Shown in pieces: positions 62,883 to 64,000 of a DNA stretch of 64,000 bases (position 1 is its first letter; every line of letters starts with the position of its first letter). A program made the position numbers and the translations under genes. The stretch is from Eledone cirrhosa (taxonomy: Eukaryota), in assembly GCA_964016885.1 (NCBI GenBank), contig OZ024741.1, positions 75,454,001 through 75,518,000 on the forward strand. The letters run 5' to 3'. The notes beneath the pieces are model-generated. The model saw nothing but the letters and a program-made list of their open reading frames with translations. It did not search any database and was not told the origin of the DNA.

Positions 62883-64000
62883 AAAACAGTTTCCAGCAAC
62901 ATTATAGAAGGTATCTTTATTAGCCACAAGGGCGTACAAAAATGGGATATTACAAGACGTGACGGCAGGGGTTTTACATAAAAATAACCTTAACATTAAT
63001 AAATAACAATAAACTATATATAATAAAATAACAATTGAAATCCCAATAGGGGGGAACGTTACTGCAGGGTTGTTTTACACCCCGTGGATAGAACAACTCT
63101 CAACACCAGGAACACATTTTGTAGGTGTTCCTGTCTTCCCTCTGTTTATCTTCCTCAACCTACAGGTTTATATACAGAGAAGGCCCATTCACTCGGACCA
63201 TTTTCGCCACATTCACCCACCTTTCAGTGAATTTACTGGGGTGTATCACCTCTCTCTCCACTTCACCTTCCTTCTGAAGTGGTACTTAAAGAAGGGGATG
63301 AGTTGTTGTCCGGAGAGAAAGGTGTTTGCCCTCAGTCCTTTTAACCTCTTCCGCCATAGCCACCAGACAGAGGGAAACCGCCTCTCCTTCGTTCTTAAAT
63401 GAAGGCGGCGGGGTGATGCTCACGATGGACTCGGCTGACAACTGGATGCGTCCCACATGTGACAGTAGCTGTTTGACATAATTCCACAGGTCGTCACCCC
63501 TGGGCACTTAACAATTGCGTGCAAAACGGTTTCGATGTCCTGATCGCATCTTGGACAGGTCCTTTTGGCAGGATCTCTTCCAGGGCGTCTGTGCCTGTAG
63601 ATTTTGTCTCGAACTGGTAGAGCTCCTCGATAGCACTGCCAGGCCAGAGACCTCTGGAAGTTATCCATAGGCCCTGGACGGAAAGTCTTTCCGAACAGAC
63701 TGGTCAGTTCGTCCTCTTCGATGCCTAGAGTTTCCCCGAGAACGTCGTCACACTTATCCTCCACTAATCCCCTATAGAATGTCGAAGTGGAGTCTCCGCT
63801 GATTGCCGTTTCCGCTTGGTAGAGGGCTGTGAGCGCCTGTAGGCACTCGAGGTGCCAGGCACCCATTTTCGGTCTTTGCTTGACCCAGGACTGCAGCTCT
63901 GTTAGTGAGACGAGTTGTGGAAGAGCTTGTCTCACAAACGACAGTCACACCGGCTCCCCGGTCAGAAATATCTGAAAATGGCGTAGCCTCAGCGCGTGTT
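62883..64000 (-). mobile_element. Tx1/L1-clade LINE 3' end, running off the window
   Basis: SLAWQCYRGALPVRDK...CPRCDQDIETVLHAIVKC (zf-RVT CCHC), then LWNYVKQLL. The 3' UTR has AATAAA at 62921-62916 and ends at the (TC)n tract. Confidence 0.85.

Noticed and set aside
61536-62981. Long Ser/Leu, poly-Glu and Arg-Glu ORFs (up to 289 aa)
   Set aside because: Products of GA/TC low-complexity tracts with no domain or splice evidence.

Overview
AT-rich eukaryotic (animal) DNA with no recognisable host protein-coding gene. The repeat content (tRNA-derived CORE- and Nin-domain SINEs, RTE LINEs with (GAT)n tails, dense (TA)n/(CA)n tracts) suggests a cephalopod such as octopus, which is an inference. 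Nearly all interpretable sequence is transposon-derived: at least 10 RTE LINE copies of three or more lineages (one keeps a 680-aa open RT), a long CR1/L2-group LINE, two R4/Dong-like copies, CRE and Tx1 3' ends, a Penelope-like element (PLE) plus PLE terminal fragments, mariner and Tc1-type DNA transposon remnants, Helitron helicase fragments and many SINEs. Main non-obvious signals: (1) about ten different type I hammerhead-ribozyme-like motifs, mostly inside fold-back inverted repeats next to (TA)n; (2) one hammerhead that appears converted into a near-perfect 56-bp hairpin; (3) a Nin-SINE that repeatedly reuses ATTAT targets; (4) RTE 3' UTRs sharing a module with a CORE-SINE; (5) a PHD-like finger inside the RTE RT; (6) a templated SINE-Helitron junction copy. 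All calls were made by eye, and boundaries are approximate unless motifs are quoted.
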